DNA from: Kiritimatiellaeota bacterium B1221
GTDB taxonomy: Bacteria; Verrucomicrobiota; Kiritimatiellia; SS1-B-03-39; UBA6053
DNA: 64,000 nt
Assembly (NCBI GenBank): GCA_029269125.1
Contig: JARHXX010000011.1
Span: 1-64,000 of the forward strand
Direction of reading: 5' to 3'
Shown: positions 1-11,572 of the stretch, one piece after another
How positions within the stretch are numbered: position 1 is the stretch's first letter
Layout of the letters: the number at the start of each line of letters is the position of its first letter
The notes under the pieces: model-generated
What the model was told of the DNA's origin: nothing
Seen by the model: only the letters and a program-made list of their open reading frames with translations
Databases searched by the model: none
Translations under genes and position numbers: made by a program

Positions 1-180
1 ACCTCGGAACGGGGTCACGCCAGTAATGCGTCAGCCAAAACGGAGGGCCCGCGTCCCGCGGTCCAACATCCGGGACAAGACCTCGGAACGGGGTCGCGCC
101 AGTAATGCGTCAGCCAAAACGGAGGGCCCGCGTCCCGCGGTCCAACATCCGGGACAAGACCTCGGAACGGGGTCGCGCCA
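1..180. repeat. 79-bp tandem direct repeat, about 2.3 copies, truncated by the window edge (unit acctcggaacggggtc[a/g]cgccagtaatgcgtcagccaaaacggagggcccgcgtcccgcggtccaacatccgggacaag)
   Basis: Read directly: copy 1 at 1-79, copy 2 at 80-158 with one mismatch, partial copy 3 at 159-180, then unrelated AT-rich sequence. There are no spacers, so this is not CRISPR. Confidence 0.9.
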
Positions 181-347
181 TTAAAACATATCTTTTAAAA
201 ACTGACCGACATAAGTAGTCTTCATCTTTCTCTTCTTTCGGAGAATGAATTTTGATACATCGAAACCAGATATACCTGTCATAGCCAGCCCATAAATAAT
301 CCTAAATAGATATCGATTCATTTCAAAACCCAAAAATACGTCATCAA

Positions 348-3300
348 ATGATTTCCCCCATTCAAAAAAACTTTAGATATGCCGTGCTACTTTTCATGAT
401 TTGGGGGGCAAGTATTTCCGGCCTGTTCGCAGATGGAGAGGTGCTTCCCCACTTTAACGCGGAGATAAACTTTCCAGACGCAACCATCTATGCGACCGCT
501 TATCAAGCGGATGGCAAACTACTCATGGGAGGAATGTTTGGTTCACACACTGCCTTCGATCTATTAGGCTTGGTACGTCTTCATCAGGACGGCAGTTGGG
601 ATCAAAGTTTCACCGCAAATCCCAAGGGAGAGGTCTACGCAGTCGCGATTCAGGATGACGGTAAAATCTTGGCAGGAGGCTCTTTCACCGCGCTGCATGA
701 AGATGGCAGCTATCAATACAATTTGGCCCGTTTTCATCCTGACGGACAGTTGGACGAGAGTTTCACGACACAAATTTCCAGTACAGTGAACAATATCCTC
801 ATTCAACCAGATGGCAGAATTTTGGTCGCAGGCAAATTTGAAACGGTTAATGGAGATGACAATAAATATATCGTCCGGTTAGAATCAGACGGGAGCGTCG
901 ATTCAAGCTTTCATCCTGCGGTGACAAGAGAGGTTAAGTCGATCGCATTGAGGGCGGACCATAAAATTCTCGTGGGGGGATCGTTCGATTATGTAGGCGG
1001 AGAAGAGAAAAACAAAATTGCCTTGCTGAACACCGACGGGAGTCTCGCCCCCTCGTTCACGGCGTCCTTAAACGGAAACGTTGAATGTCTACGCATCCAG
1101 CCAGACCAGAAAATTCTGGTCTCAGGCTTCTTTAATCAGGTGAACGGGATTACCCGGGATAATTTCGTTAGGCTGAATGCAGATGGCAGTTTAGACACAA
1201 CTTTTCAGTCCGGGTTCACTTCCGGCATCCGGTCCATCAGCCTGCAGACGGATGGAAAAATTCTTGTTTTAATATACGACCTTGGGTCTATTCACCAAAT
1301 ATATCGCTTACTGCCGGACGGGAGTACCGACCCGTCTTTCGTTGATGCTGTATCCAGAGGATATCATGCCATGCTTGCGATGCCGAACGGGGATGTTCTT
1401 GAGGGAGGATACCAGTATTCCCCTGAAAAACTAAGCCTGCTTGCCAATTCTAATAGTAGCTCCGAAATTACAGTCACCGGTACTTCCCGGATTGATTGGA
1501 TCAGAACCGGCAGTTCACCGGAAATTGAAGCCGTAACTTTTGAATACTGGGACGAACAATCATGGAAAATGGCAGGAGAAGGAAGCCGAAATTCTGAAGG
1601 CTGGCACCTTACAGATCTGTCTTTACCTGCAAGTACCTGGATCAGGGCAAGAGGGACCGTAACAGGTGGATACCGCAATGGATCCATGAGTCTGATCGAG
1701 GAGACGTCCCCCTACGGAACATCAGCGACCGTAAGGATGGAAGTATCAGTGGATAGCGAAGTGCTTCCCCCCGGATATCATCCGCTTAACTTCGGGGATC
1801 AATCTTATGACCGGATGTCTGCCCCCGTGGATGTGCTGATTACCAATAAGGGTGATAACACCCTAACCGGTCTGTCTTTGAATTTATCCGGCATACACGC
1901 AGCCGAATTTATCGTATCTCCCCTACCCATATCCAGTCTGGAACCGGGGGAAAGCACCTCGGTTCAACTTTATTTCCGACCTTGGGGCGGAGGCCTCCGG
2001 GAAGCCGAAATCCTGATTCAAAGCGATATGCCATCTGTCTTCTCCCATTTGCTGGTGCTACGTGGATCCGGCAAGGTACACGATAGTACATTTACCCCTG
2101 AGCTGGAATACGCATCAGGTTTGGCGCTGCAGCCGGATGGGAAAATTTTGGCATTAGAAAACGACTTAGGAGAAAATGTCCTGATCCGTTTCCATCCTAA
2201 TGGCATTCGGGATAAATCCTTTACCCCATTTGAGACAAAAGACACGAACACTTTTGTGGTACAGCCTGACAGAAAAATTCTCCTGGGCCGATCGAATGAT
2301 AATACAGGATTCGACCCATACAATCTTTTAGTAAGGCTGGATCAATACGGGCATGTTGATCCCGACTTCAGCCCCCCTTTTACGGGATATGCAGGCTGGG
2401 GGATTCAAGCCATTGAAATATTATCGGACGGCAAACTTCTTATCGGCGGTTATTTTAAACTCACAGATGGCGATCAGTATTTCAACCTCGTCCGGTTACT
2501 TCCGAATGGGAACCTCGATCCGGATTTTACACCACTGACGGGAGCGGCAGTGACCAGCCTCGCCAGACAGTCTGATGATAAAATTGTGTTTATTACGGAA
2601 CAAAGCATTATTCGGCTGCATGCGGACGGTACCCTTGACGAACAGTTTACCCCTTCAATCCCAGATGGGTTCGAGATAGAATTGATGAAAATTCAACCCG
2701 ATGGAAAAATCATCCTCTCCGGGAATCCAACCCCGGGTTCAAACCACAGAAGTATGATTACAAGGTTTTTACCCCATGGAGAAATCGATGCGTCATTCAC
2801 CCAGAATCCCGATGGGAGAATTTATTCAATCACCATGCAGGCAGATGGTAAAATTCTTCTCGCGGGGGACTTCAAACACATTGGAGGAGAATGGAGGGAA
2901 AATGTGGCACGATTACTTCCTGACGGAAGCCTGGACAAAACTTTCGACCCAGATCCAAACGGGTCGGGGGTTAGGAGTATGCTGGTCGAACAAGATGGAC
3001 AAATCCTCCTCTCAGGCTTTTTTACTGAAATAGGAGGCGAGCTGAGTACTGGTTTGGCACGGGTGTCAAATGATCCCGCACTCACCAATCTGAGCATAAC
3101 GAATGGGGACACCCTTACCTGGCAAATGGAAGGCAGTGCACCGCAACTTCAGCAAGTGACTTTTGATTACTGGGAAAACTCGGAATGGAAGCAGGCCGGT
3201 GTATCAACCCAAACAAATTCAGTCTGGCAAGCCACAGGCGTTTCTCTTCCCCCAGATACCTGGATACGGGCACAGGGACAACAGAAAATCGGAGCGGCAA

Positions 3301-6300
3301 CTGATTCCGCCAGCCTCATGCAATCCATTGTAGGCTACGGGAATGCGGAAACACATGATGTACAAACCCTGGTTAACGGCTCTCCCGTAGATCTATCAAA
3401 CCTGCACATTGATTTCGGGACCGTCGATTGGCAGACAAACCTCACGGAATTCAGCATCACGCTATCCAATAATGGCAGCACCACTCTCAGTGATATAAGC
3501 CTGAATCTTACCGGCTCGGATCCGGATTCCTTTTATTTCACCCCTACCGACACAACCTCCCTATCCCCCGGAGAAAGTCTTACGGTCACTATCGGATTTC
3601 ATTTGGAAAACAGCGGTGACAGATCCGCCGTACTGCAAATTGTGAGCGGCGATACCCCGCAGGAAGTTTTCGGATTCACCCTCCCCCTCCACGCAAACGG
3701 AAACCCGGTAATTCCAAGTTTTCAACCCATTCTAAATAAATCGGTCACCACCATGGCCTTGCAACCCGGAAACAAACTTTTGGTTGCAGGTGACTTTAAT
3801 CAAATAAATGGTGAATCGCATAATGGATTAGTACGTTTTCATTCTGACGGCAGTATAGATTCAAGCTTTCATCCCTCTATTTCGCGATGGGGAATCGAGA
3901 CCCTTTTAACCCAGGCAGATGGGAAAACACTCATCAGTGGAGCTTTTGAAACCGGGGACCAATACTACATCATCCGTTTGAATCAGGATGGTTCCGTCGA
4001 TGAAAACTTTAACGTCACAACCAATGGGGCCGTGTATGCAATGTTGGAAATGCCGAATGGACAAATTTATATTGGAGGCAGTTTCAACAGCGTAAACACT
4101 TTAACCAGGAAATCAATTGCCCGCCTCCATGCGGATGGGACACAGGACAACACTTTTTCTCTCGATCTGGAAACTGTTCCCTATTCTAAAGGTGTCAGCT
4201 CCATTGTGCGACAGGAAGATGGAAAGATTCTTTTAGGCGGTCGCTTCACAAGCGTGGAGGGTGAAGCAAGAAATAATATCGCGCAACTGCAGACCGACGG
4301 CAGTCTTGACCTGAGCTTCAACCCCACGATTGCGAGCGCGGACGCCTACACAGTGAACGCAATGATAACCCAACCAGATGGTAAAATTATCCTGGATGAC
4401 GGCCAGGAACTCATCAGATTAGAGGCGGATGGCAGCTTAGACGAATCCTTTGACGTCCCAGTCATCGGCTCTGTCAAAAGTATCGCCTTACAAAGTGACG
4501 GAAAAATCTGGGTTGCGGGAAGCTTTACCCATATCGGAAATTATGTGCGCAACAACATTGCCCGATTACACCCGGATGGCCGTCTGGATTTAAGCCAGGA
4601 TCCCAATGCCTCTGATGAGGTGAAGGCACTGCTTTTGAATGAAAACGGGGAATTATTCATCGGTGGAGATTTTGAGCAAGTGAATGGCCAAGCGACCGCT
4701 TACCTGGCTTTATTATTTAACAACCCTGCAATTTCTCAGTTTCAGGTTTCTGGTGGAAACCAGATAGATTGGATTCGGGGCGGGAGTGCCCCCAAACTTG
4801 AAAATCCTTCGGTTTCATATTGGAATGAATCCGCTTGGGAATCACTAGGACCTGTTGAAAGAACAGACAGTGGCTGGCAGATAACGGCAGCCAGTTTACC
4901 CGAAAGCTCATGGATCCGCGGGGTGAGCGGTGTACGGGGAGGCTTTGCAACACAGTCTCTCTCTCTTATCGAAAAAATAGAAAGATATGGAACAGGCACT
5001 TTCCCTGAACTCTCGGTTCAGCTGGACGGCCAAGAGATTCGGAACCAAAGGGCGACCTTGGATTTTGGTGAGCTGAACAGTACCATGAGCTCGGATCCGA
5101 GAGTAATCACCTTAACAAACAATGGAGATGGCATTTTAGAAATACGTGATGCTGACATCCTGGATTTTGAATCTGATGCCTTCCAACTCATCGATTTCGT
5201 AGCCGTCACTCTCTCTCCCGGTGAGAGTTCAGACCTTCAAATTGTCTTTAATCCGACAGCAGGGAAAGAGGAGGAAGCAGAATTGAGAATATTTTCGAAT
5301 GATGCTGTGCATACCCCTTTTATCGTATCGGTCAAAGGATCGGGGATCTATCCACTTGGAGATTTACAAACCGACGTGAACGATTCCATTAGAGCGCTGG
5401 CGATCCAACCCGATGGAAAAATTCTCATCGGAGGAAACTTCACTGAAGTCAATGGCCAGCCCAGAGCCTATCTCGCCAGACTAAATCCGGATGGAAGTTT
5501 GGATCCAGACTTTTCACCTGTCTTGGACAATTACGTCTATTCAATTTATTTAGAACGAGATCTGAACATTCTCGTGGGTGGATCATTTGATGAAGTGAAC
5601 AGCGAATCGAGAAGCCTATTGGCGCGCCTCAGTCCGGAAGGAGAACTCCTCCCTGATTTACAAGTACAGTTTACTTCCGGTACAATACATTGCGTCACGA
5701 AAAAACCGAATGGAAAAATTCTGATATCAGGCTCTTTCACTTCCGTGAATGGCAACCAACGCCTTCGGATTGCGCAATTAAATACCGATGGCTCCCTCGA
5801 CGAATCCCTTGTTCCGGAAATTTCACCCATCGCCTTCTTTTATGTAGATGACCTTAGCATACAAAGTGACGATAAAATAATCATAAGCACCACCGGGACA
5901 TACCGAGGAACCTCCACCTTGGGTCGGTTAGCATCTAACGGAGCCGTGGATACGACTTTTTCAGCACCAAAATTTTTAAAGGTTCATGAAACACTTATTC
6001 GTAGTGACGGAAAATTATATGTATCAGGAATCGTGATCAGAGAAGGAAACGTTCAGGAAACTGGACTATTTTTACTGAATACGGATGGGAGTTTTGACAC
6101 CGATTTCGCCCCTATTATAAATTCCTACATCTACACCATGGCCCTTCAAGCCGATGGGAAAATAATTATTGGCGGTGCTTTCACAGAAATAAACGGGGAA
6201 AAAGTACAAAGGCTTGCCGCCCTAAATCCGGATGGATCTCTGGACCCTTTCTTCCAACCTAATCCAAATTCCAACGTAACCCTGATTGCACTTGATCTTG

Positions 6301-7046
6301 ACGGCAGCCTGCTGGTCACGGGTTCTTTTTCTTCTATTGGGGGGCAAGCAAGAAGCGGATTCGTAAGAGCACTAAACCGTGCCCCCCTCTCCTCGCTCAC
6401 CCACGAAGACTCAGAACTTCGCTGGCAAGTGGGTGGGAGCTTCCCTGAGCTGTCAGAAGTTAATTTTGACATTTGGCAGGGAGACAGCTGGGTACCCTTA
6501 GGTGCACCAGAAAGAACAGCGGATGCTTGGAACCTTCAAACCCCTTCCCTATCAGCTGCAGGCTGGGTTCGAATTACCGGCCAATCCACCGCCGGTCCTA
6601 CGAACGGAGGTACGGGTCTTATTTCGATTCAAGAACCATTCGGAGGAGGAGGACCTGCAAATACATTCGCAGGCTGGTCCTTTAGGAAGGAGCTCCCCGT
6701 AAATCAACGCGATCCCTTTTATACATCAGGTCCGCTTGAAGTATCCAACCTGATGGCATTTGCCATGAATCTGGACCCCAGAACTGCGGGTCCATCTGAT
6801 ATGCCCAAAATAGCAGGCCTCTCCGAAACCCCAAATCGGGCATGGTTCAGATTCCGACGTAATACCAACGCTGCAGATGTCACCTTCAGTATACAATCAA
6901 AAGAAACGCTTCTGGATGACGAATGGCAAACGCACCCCATTTCAACTTACCGTGTCCATCAAACAGGCGATGGATGGGAAGTGATTGATATTGAAGTAAA
7001 CACTTCTGAGAAGGGCGATGGATTCTATCGCCTAAACTTAGAATAA
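348..7046 (+). CDS. Giant secreted delta-60-repeat protein (2232 aa). It has an N-terminal signal peptide and four repeated modules of about 550 aa, each made of a propeller-like DGKILVGGxF repeat block, a roughly 70-aa W-rich domain and an Ig-like domain.
   Basis: Long ORF with a hydrophobic N-terminus ([28 protein letters not shown]). The DGK(I/L)L(V/I)GGxF..VNG motifs recur dozens of times. A segment '..IDWIRxGSxPxxxxVxFxYWxxxxWxxxG' recurs four times. Confidence 0.9.
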   Translation: MISPIQKNFRYAVLLFMIWGASISGLFADGEVLPHFNAEINFPDATIYATAYQADGKLLMGGMFGSHTAFDLLGLVRLHQDGSWDQSFTANPKGEVYAVAIQDDGKILAGGSFTALHEDGSYQYNLARFHPDGQLDESFTTQISSTVNNILIQPDGRILVAGKFETVNGDDNKYIVRLESDGSVDSSFHPAVTREVKSIALRADHKILVGGSFDYVGGEEKNKIALLNTDGSLAPSFTASLNGNVECLRIQPDQKILVSGFFNQVNGITRDNFVRLNADGSLDTTFQSGFTSGIRSISLQTDGKILVLIYDLGSIHQIYRLLPDGSTDPSFVDAVSRGYHAMLAMPNGDVLEGGYQYSPEKLSLLANSNSSSEITVTGTSRIDWIRTGSSPEIEAVTFEYWDEQSWKMAGEGSRNSEGWHLTDLSLPASTWIRARGTVTGGYRNGSMSLIEETSPYGTSATVRMEVSVDSEVLPPGYHPLNFGDQSYDRMSAPVDVLITNKGDNTLTGLSLNLSGIHAAEFIVSPLPISSLEPGESTSVQLYFRPWGGGLREAEILIQSDMPSVFSHLLVLRGSGKVHDSTFTPELEYASGLALQPDGKILALENDLGENVLIRFHPNGIRDKSFTPFETKDTNTFVVQPDRKILLGRSNDNTGFDPYNLLVRLDQYGHVDPDFSPPFTGYAGWGIQAIEILSDGKLLIGGYFKLTDGDQYFNLVRLLPNGNLDPDFTPLTGAAVTSLARQSDDKIVFITEQSIIRLHADGTLDEQFTPSIPDGFEIELMKIQPDGKIILSGNPTPGSNHRSMITRFLPHGEIDASFTQNPDGRIYSITMQADGKILLAGDFKHIGGEWRENVARLLPDGSLDKTFDPDPNGSGVRSMLVEQDGQILLSGFFTEIGGELSTGLARVSNDPALTNLSITNGDTLTWQMEGSAPQLQQVTFDYWENSEWKQAGVSTQTNSVWQATGVSLPPDTWIRAQGQQKIGAATDSASLMQSIVGYGNAETHDVQTLVNGSPVDLSNLHIDFGTVDWQTNLTEFSITLSNNGSTTLSDISLNLTGSDPDSFYFTPTDTTSLSPGESLTVTIGFHLENSGDRSAVLQIVSGDTPQEVFGFTLPLHANGNPVIPSFQPILNKSVTTMALQPGNKLLVAGDFNQINGESHNGLVRFHSDGSIDSSFHPSISRWGIETLLTQADGKTLISGAFETGDQYYIIRLNQDGSVDENFNVTTNGAVYAMLEMPNGQIYIGGSFNSVNTLTRKSIARLHADGTQDNTFSLDLETVPYSKGVSSIVRQEDGKILLGGRFTSVEGEARNNIAQLQTDGSLDLSFNPTIASADAYTVNAMITQPDGKIILDDGQELIRLEADGSLDESFDVPVIGSVKSIALQSDGKIWVAGSFTHIGNYVRNNIARLHPDGRLDLSQDPNASDEVKALLLNENGELFIGGDFEQVNGQATAYLALLFNNPAISQFQVSGGNQIDWIRGGSAPKLENPSVSYWNESAWESLGPVERTDSGWQITAASLPESSWIRGVSGVRGGFATQSLSLIEKIERYGTGTFPELSVQLDGQEIRNQRATLDFGELNSTMSSDPRVITLTNNGDGILEIRDADILDFESDAFQLIDFVAVTLSPGESSDLQIVFNPTAGKEEEAELRIFSNDAVHTPFIVSVKGSGIYPLGDLQTDVNDSIRALAIQPDGKILIGGNFTEVNGQPRAYLARLNPDGSLDPDFSPVLDNYVYSIYLERDLNILVGGSFDEVNSESRSLLARLSPEGELLPDLQVQFTSGTIHCVTKKPNGKILISGSFTSVNGNQRLRIAQLNTDGSLDESLVPEISPIAFFYVDDLSIQSDDKIIISTTGTYRGTSTLGRLASNGAVDTTFSAPKFLKVHETLIRSDGKLYVSGIVIREGNVQETGLFLLNTDGSFDTDFAPIINSYIYTMALQADGKIIIGGAFTEINGEKVQRLAALNPDGSLDPFFQPNPNSNVTLIALDLDGSLLVTGSFSSIGGQARSGFVRALNRAPLSSLTHEDSELRWQVGGSFPELSEVNFDIWQGDSWVPLGAPERTADAWNLQTPSLSAAGWVRITGQSTAGPTNGGTGLISIQEPFGGGGPANTFAGWSFRKELPVNQRDPFYTSGPLEVSNLMAFAMNLDPRTAGPSDMPKIAGLSETPNRAWFRFRRNTNAADVTFSIQSKETLLDDEWQTHPISTYRVHQTGDGWEVIDIEVNTSEKGDGFYRLNLE

Positions 7047-7063
7047 ACTCATACCCCATCACA

Positions 7064-7084
7064 AGCGGACACAACGGTCCGCGC
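7064..7084. terminator. Short hairpin (gcggac-acaacg-gtccgc) between convergent genes; candidate bidirectional terminator
   Basis: Stem-loop read in the 42-bp gap between the giant gene stop and the uvrA stop. There is no clear U-run. Confidence 0.3.
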
Positions 7085-7088
7085 CCAT

Positions 7089-9923
7089 TCAAAGAAGCTC
7101 CGCCAAGAACTGGCCGGTATAGGAGTCTTTCATTTTTGCCACCGCTTCCGGGGTGCCTTCGGCAATCAGTTGACCGCCGCCATCTCCCCCTTCGGGACCC
7201 AGATCGAGGATCCAGTCGGCGGTTTTGATCACATCGAGATTGTGCTCGATCACCAGCAGGGAATTTCCCGCATCGCGCAGGCGCAACAGCACTTCCAGCA
7301 ACTTGTCCACATCGGCGAAATGTAATCCGGTGGTGGGCTCATCCAAAATGTACAGGGTGTTGCCGGTGTCGCGCTTGCTCAACTCCGTGGCCAGCTTCAC
7401 CCGCTGCGCCTCGCCTCCGGACAGGGTGGTGGCCGGTTGCCCCACCTGCAGGTAGCCCAGGCCCACATCCACCAGGGTTTGCAGCTTCCGTTTAAGACCG
7501 GGCACTTTCCCGAAGAATTCCAAGGCATCCTCCACCGTCATTTCCAGCACATCGGAAATATTTTTTCCGCGGTAACGCACTTCCAAAGTCTCCCGGTTGT
7601 AACGTTTTCCCGCACACACTTCACAGGTCACAAACACATCGGGCAGAAAGTGCATTTCAATGCGGCGCAGGCCGTCTCCTTTGCAACTTTCGCAGCGACC
7701 GCCTTTGACATTAAAACTGAACCGTCCGGGTCCGTATCCCCTCACCTGACTGGCCGGCAGCTTGGTGAACAAATCGCGGATCTGTCCGAAAGCGCCGGTG
7801 TAAGTCGCGGGATTCGACCGCGGAGTGCGCCCAATCGGACTCTGATCAATCACAATCACTTTGTCCACGTGCTGCAGTCCGGTCACGGACTTGTGCTTGC
7901 CCGGAAGATCTTTGGAATCAAAAAACTTCTGAAACAACACCCGTTTCAAAATCTTATCCACCAAAGTGGATTTTCCGCTCCCACTCACCCCGGTCACACA
8001 GGTGAAAACGCCCAGCGGAATTTTTGCAGTCACATTTTTTAAGTTGTTTTCAGAGGCGCCTTTGATGGTGATGCACCTGCTCTTCACCACTTTCTTCCGT
8101 TCCGACGGCACCGGGATTTTTTTGTCCCCGTTCAAATACGCGGCGGTCAGGGTTTTCTTTTTGAGCAGTTGTTTGGGCGGACCTTCGAACACCACTTGCC
8201 CTCCGTGGGTGCCCGCCAGCGGTCCCATGTCCACCACGTAGTCCGCATCCAGAATCGTCTGTTCATCGTGCTCCACAACCAACACGGTGTTACCGCTGTC
8301 CCGCAACCCTTTCATGGTTTCGATCAGTTTGAGGTTGTCGCGCTGATGCAGGCCGATGCTGGGTTCGTCCAACACATACAGCACCCCCATCAGTCCCGAC
8401 CCCACCTGGGTGGCCAAGCGAATCCGCTGTGCCTCCCCCCCGGAAAGACTTCCGCTCTCCCGGTCCAGAGTCAGATAATCCAGTCCCACATCATTCAAAA
8501 ACCGGAGGCGGTGGTGAATTTCTTTAAACACTTCCGAGATGACCTTCTTCTCGTAATCCGAAAGGGTCAATCCTTCAAAAAAGGCCACGGCATCTTTGAC
8601 CGACATCCGGCAGATCTCAAAAATATTTTTGTCATGCACCGTGCAGGCCAGGCTGAGCGGCTTTAACCGCATGCCCCCGCAATCCCGGCAGCGCATTCGG
8701 TTCATGTAATGCCGCAACTTTGAACGGGTGTAGTCACTGTCGGTCTCCCGCATCCGCCGTTCCAAGTTCGGTATCACCCCTTCAAAGGGTTTGTCGTACT
8801 TCAGCTGCTTTCCGCCCCGGTACAACTTCATCTCCACCACTTCATGCCCGGAACCGTAAATCAGCACTTTTTTAAAGGCGGCGGGAAGTTTTTTGTAGGG
8901 AGTATCCAGGGAAACATCGTAGGCGGCAGCCAAAGCTTTGAGAATTTTTTTATACCACATCACCATCCGGCGTCCGCCGCGCTTCCAGGGATCAATCGCC
9001 CCTTCGGCCAGACTCAGTTCCGGATTGGGAACCAACAGCGCCTCATCAAAAATTTCCATATTGCCGATGCCCGCACAGGTACTGCAGGCCCCGTAGGGAC
9101 TGTTAAAAGAGAAGTGCCGGTTCTCGAGTTTGTCGTAACTTTTCCCGCAGGGAAGACAGGCAAAATCCTCACTGAACAACTCGTCTCTCCAGCCGCCCTT
9201 CCCGTCTTCCACCATTGCCAACATGCGTCCACCGCCCAGACGCAAAGACAACTCCACCGAATCCGCCAAGCGTGAGCGAATCCCTTCGTCCACCACCAGG
9301 CGGTCGACCACCGCTTCGATGCTGTGTTTGGTTTTTTTGTTGAGCGCCGGCACCTCGTCCAGCTCCACAATTTTTCCATCCACCCGCGCCCGCACAAAAC
9401 CCTGATTGCGTATTTCGTTGAACACTTCCAGATGCTCCCCTTTGCGTCCGTCGATATAGGGTGCCAGAATCATCACTTTCCGTTTCACCGGCAATTCGCA
9501 AAGCTGGTTGATAATATCTTCGGCTGTCTGATGGGTCAGTTCTTTGCCGCAGTTTGGACAGTGGGGAATGCCGATGCTCGCGTACCACAAACGCAGATAG
9601 TCATAAATCTCAGTAGTGGTGGCCACAATGGACCGCGGATTCGATCCGGCCGTCCGCTGCTCAATGGAAATCGCCGGCGACAGGCCTTCGATATGATCCA
9701 CATTCGGCTTCTGCATCTGATCCAGAAACTGACGCGCATAGGCGGAGAGACTCTCCACATATTTCCGCTGCCCTTCCGCGAAGATGGTATCGAATGCCAG
9801 AGAGGATTTTCCGGATCCGCTGAGGCCCGTAATCACCGTCAACGACTCCCGGGGGATGCTGACGTTCACGTTTTTCAGGTTGTGCTCTTTGGCACCCTGA
9901 ACAATCAAATGCGTTTGTGCCAT
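7089..9923 (-). CDS. uvrA: Excinuclease ABC subunit A (UvrA)
   Basis: 944 aa. The N-terminus MAQTHLIVQGAKEHNLKNVNVSIPRESLTVITGLSGSGKSSLAFDTIFAEGQRKY is canonical. Two ABC ATPase modules and zinc-finger Cys pairs are present. Confidence 0.97.
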   Translation of the reverse strand: MAQTHLIVQGAKEHNLKNVNVSIPRESLTVITGLSGSGKSSLAFDTIFAEGQRKYVESLSAYARQFLDQMQKPNVDHIEGLSPAISIEQRTAGSNPRSIVATTTEIYDYLRLWYASIGIPHCPNCGKELTHQTAEDIINQLCELPVKRKVMILAPYIDGRKGEHLEVFNEIRNQGFVRARVDGKIVELDEVPALNKKTKHSIEAVVDRLVVDEGIRSRLADSVELSLRLGGGRMLAMVEDGKGGWRDELFSEDFACLPCGKSYDKLENRHFSFNSPYGACSTCAGIGNMEIFDEALLVPNPELSLAEGAIDPWKRGGRRMVMWYKKILKALAAAYDVSLDTPYKKLPAAFKKVLIYGSGHEVVEMKLYRGGKQLKYDKPFEGVIPNLERRMRETDSDYTRSKLRHYMNRMRCRDCGGMRLKPLSLACTVHDKNIFEICRMSVKDAVAFFEGLTLSDYEKKVISEVFKEIHHRLRFLNDVGLDYLTLDRESGSLSGGEAQRIRLATQVGSGLMGVLYVLDEPSIGLHQRDNLKLIETMKGLRDSGNTVLVVEHDEQTILDADYVVDMGPLAGTHGGQVVFEGPPKQLLKKKTLTAAYLNGDKKIPVPSERKKVVKSRCITIKGASENNLKNVTAKIPLGVFTCVTGVSGSGKSTLVDKILKRVLFQKFFDSKDLPGKHKSVTGLQHVDKVIVIDQSPIGRTPRSNPATYTGAFGQIRDLFTKLPASQVRGYGPGRFSFNVKGGRCESCKGDGLRRIEMHFLPDVFVTCEVCAGKRYNRETLEVRYRGKNISDVLEMTVEDALEFFGKVPGLKRKLQTLVDVGLGYLQVGQPATTLSGGEAQRVKLATELSKRDTGNTLYILDEPTTGLHFADVDKLLEVLLRLRDAGNSLLVIEHNLDVIKTADWILDLGPEGGDGGGQLIAEGTPEAVAKMKDSYTGQFLAELL

Positions 9924-9924
9924 C

Positions 9925-10962
9925 TTAAGGTTTCCAGAGATATTGAAATTGAGAGTTGGGCTGAAGCGGTGCCAGAATTTCCGGACTCTTTACCGAGAAC
10001 AGCGAACTCCAGCCGCCCTCACTGTAATCGATCTGATAAAAAGCGGCGTCCTCCACGCCCAACAAGGACAACACCCGTTTTCGACTGTGGTCTATATAAC
10101 CGGTTTCATCCACCAATCCAAATTCCTGTGCGGCCGGCAGGGTGAAAATACGTCCGTCCAGCAGCTGATGCTCATCCGCAAACTCACTGTTAAAGGAACG
10201 ATGCTTCAGCACCAACCCGCGGAACCGTGCATACATTTGGTCCACCACTTCCTGTAAGATCTCTTCATGTTCCGAATTGATCGGTTCCAAAGAATTCAGC
10301 AAAGCTTTGTTGTCGCTGGAGGTGAGCGACGCATCCTGGATTCCCAGTTTTTCGCCCAACTGATGAATATTCACGGCCGAGATAATCACCCCGACCGAAC
10401 CCACGATCGAAGTGGGTTGTGCCACGATCACATCCCCCGCCAAGGCAATATAATATCCGCCGGAGGCCGCCATGTCGCCAATGTGCACCACGATTTTCCG
10501 TTCAGGCTGAGAGGCTTTGAAGTTCATAAGGGCCTGATAAATTTCATCACTCGCGGTCACCCCTCCCCCGGGGGAATTCATCTTCAGCAGGATGGCGGAA
10601 ACATCGGGATCCACGGTTACCGCACGAATTTCATGCAAAATTTTGGTCACCGGATCGACCACATCCCCGAAAAGCGAAGACGAGGACTCCCGCATGATCA
10701 CCCCGGAAAGACTGATCACCGCCACTTTCGCTTCGGCAGTGTCATTTCCCCAAATCAGGGTTTCATCCACCACCGGAAATTCTTCTACCCCAATCCCGGT
10801 CATCTGATCCCCGATATTGGAACAGGTCACAAAGTTGACCAACAAACTAATAATCAACAAAGACCACAAAATCCAAAGAGGTTTCCGCCGGCGCCGGGGA
10901 GCCGGAGGCAATTGAGGAGGGGGCATGGGAGGAGGCAAAGTGGGAGCTTCAGTAGTCATGCC
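9925..10962 (-). CDS. sppA: Signal peptide peptidase SppA (36K type). The ORF could extend to 11031, but the start at MTTEAP (about 10962) is more plausible.
   Basis: GDMAASGGYYIALAGDVIVAQPTSIVGSVGV serine-protease S49 motifs. Pro-rich N-terminus followed by a TM segment. The stop codon sits 1 nt from the uvrA start, so the two are translationally coupled. Confidence 0.85.
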   Translation of the reverse strand, partial: GMTTEAPTLPPPMPPPQLPPAPRRRRKPLWILWSLLIISLLVNFVTCSNIGDQMTGIGVEEFPVVDETLIWGNDTAEAKVAVISLSGVIMRESSSSLFGDVVDPVTKILHEIRAVTVDPDVSAILLKMNSPGGGVTASDEIYQALMNFKASQPERKIVVHIGDMAASGGYYIALAGDVIVAQPTSIVGSVGVIISAVNIHQLGEKLGIQDASLTSSDNKALLNSLEPINSEHEEILQEVVDQMYARFRGLVLKHRSFNSEFADEHQLLDGRIFTLPAAQEFGLVDETGYIDHSRKRVLSLLGVEDAAFYQIDYSEGGWSSLFSVKSPEILAPLQPNSQFQYLWKP

Positions 10963-11006
10963 CACCAATCTAAACGGGAATCGCAGAAAGAAAAGCCCGG
11001 AAGCGA

Positions 11007-11381
11007 ATGATTTACAAACCAAGAACCCCAATTTGCTTCGGTTTGTTGGCGGGACAACTTCGGGACCTGTCCCTCCGGAAGCCGGAGGTCGTCATCGGAT
11101 TTGAAGCCGCTGATTTTCTGCCGGTTCAAAATGCGGCCCCACCGGAGCTCCGGCCACTGCCCTTCGCCACCATCGAAGTGACACCCGGGAAAAGTGCTGA
11201 AGGCACCGGAATTTCCGGCATGGCCATCACCGAATTCGAAACCGGAAAACACTGCATCGAATGGCTGGACCAAATGATCCGCCTCGGTGAATTCGGGATT
11301 CCCAAAACCTCACATTTTGTGGTGTTGAAACCCACCTGGATCGAAGGATCCTCTTTACCACGAACCGTTCAGAAAAACTGA
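11007..11381 (+). CDS. Hypothetical 124-aa protein; questionable ORF in the sppA-pyc intergenic region
   Basis: ORF only. No recognisable motifs. No overlap with sppA if sppA starts at 10962. Confidence 0.25.
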   Translation: MIYKPRTPICFGLLAGQLRDLSLRKPEVVIGFEAADFLPVQNAAPPELRPLPFATIEVTPGKSAEGTGISGMAITEFETGKHCIEWLDQMIRLGEFGIPKTSHFVVLKPTWIEGSSLPRTVQKN

Positions 11382-11572
11382 AGATTCACCCGGCCAGATC
11401 AATAGTCATAAATTCATCCCGTTTCCACTCATAAACAGCGCCATAACGGGACGGTAAAGGGGCGCTCTTTTATTGGCTTTTTGTGGCCCAAAATCAAAAT
11501 GCTATACATAGAGCCATGGCTTCCAAAAATTAACTATTGCCTTTATCAATCGATTTAAGCTAAGACCCGAAC

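Noticed and set aside
1-180. Possible CRISPR array suggested by the regular GC-rich repeats
   Set aside because: The units are 79 bp and directly abutting with no unique spacers, and no cas genes are nearby. It is a plain tandem repeat.
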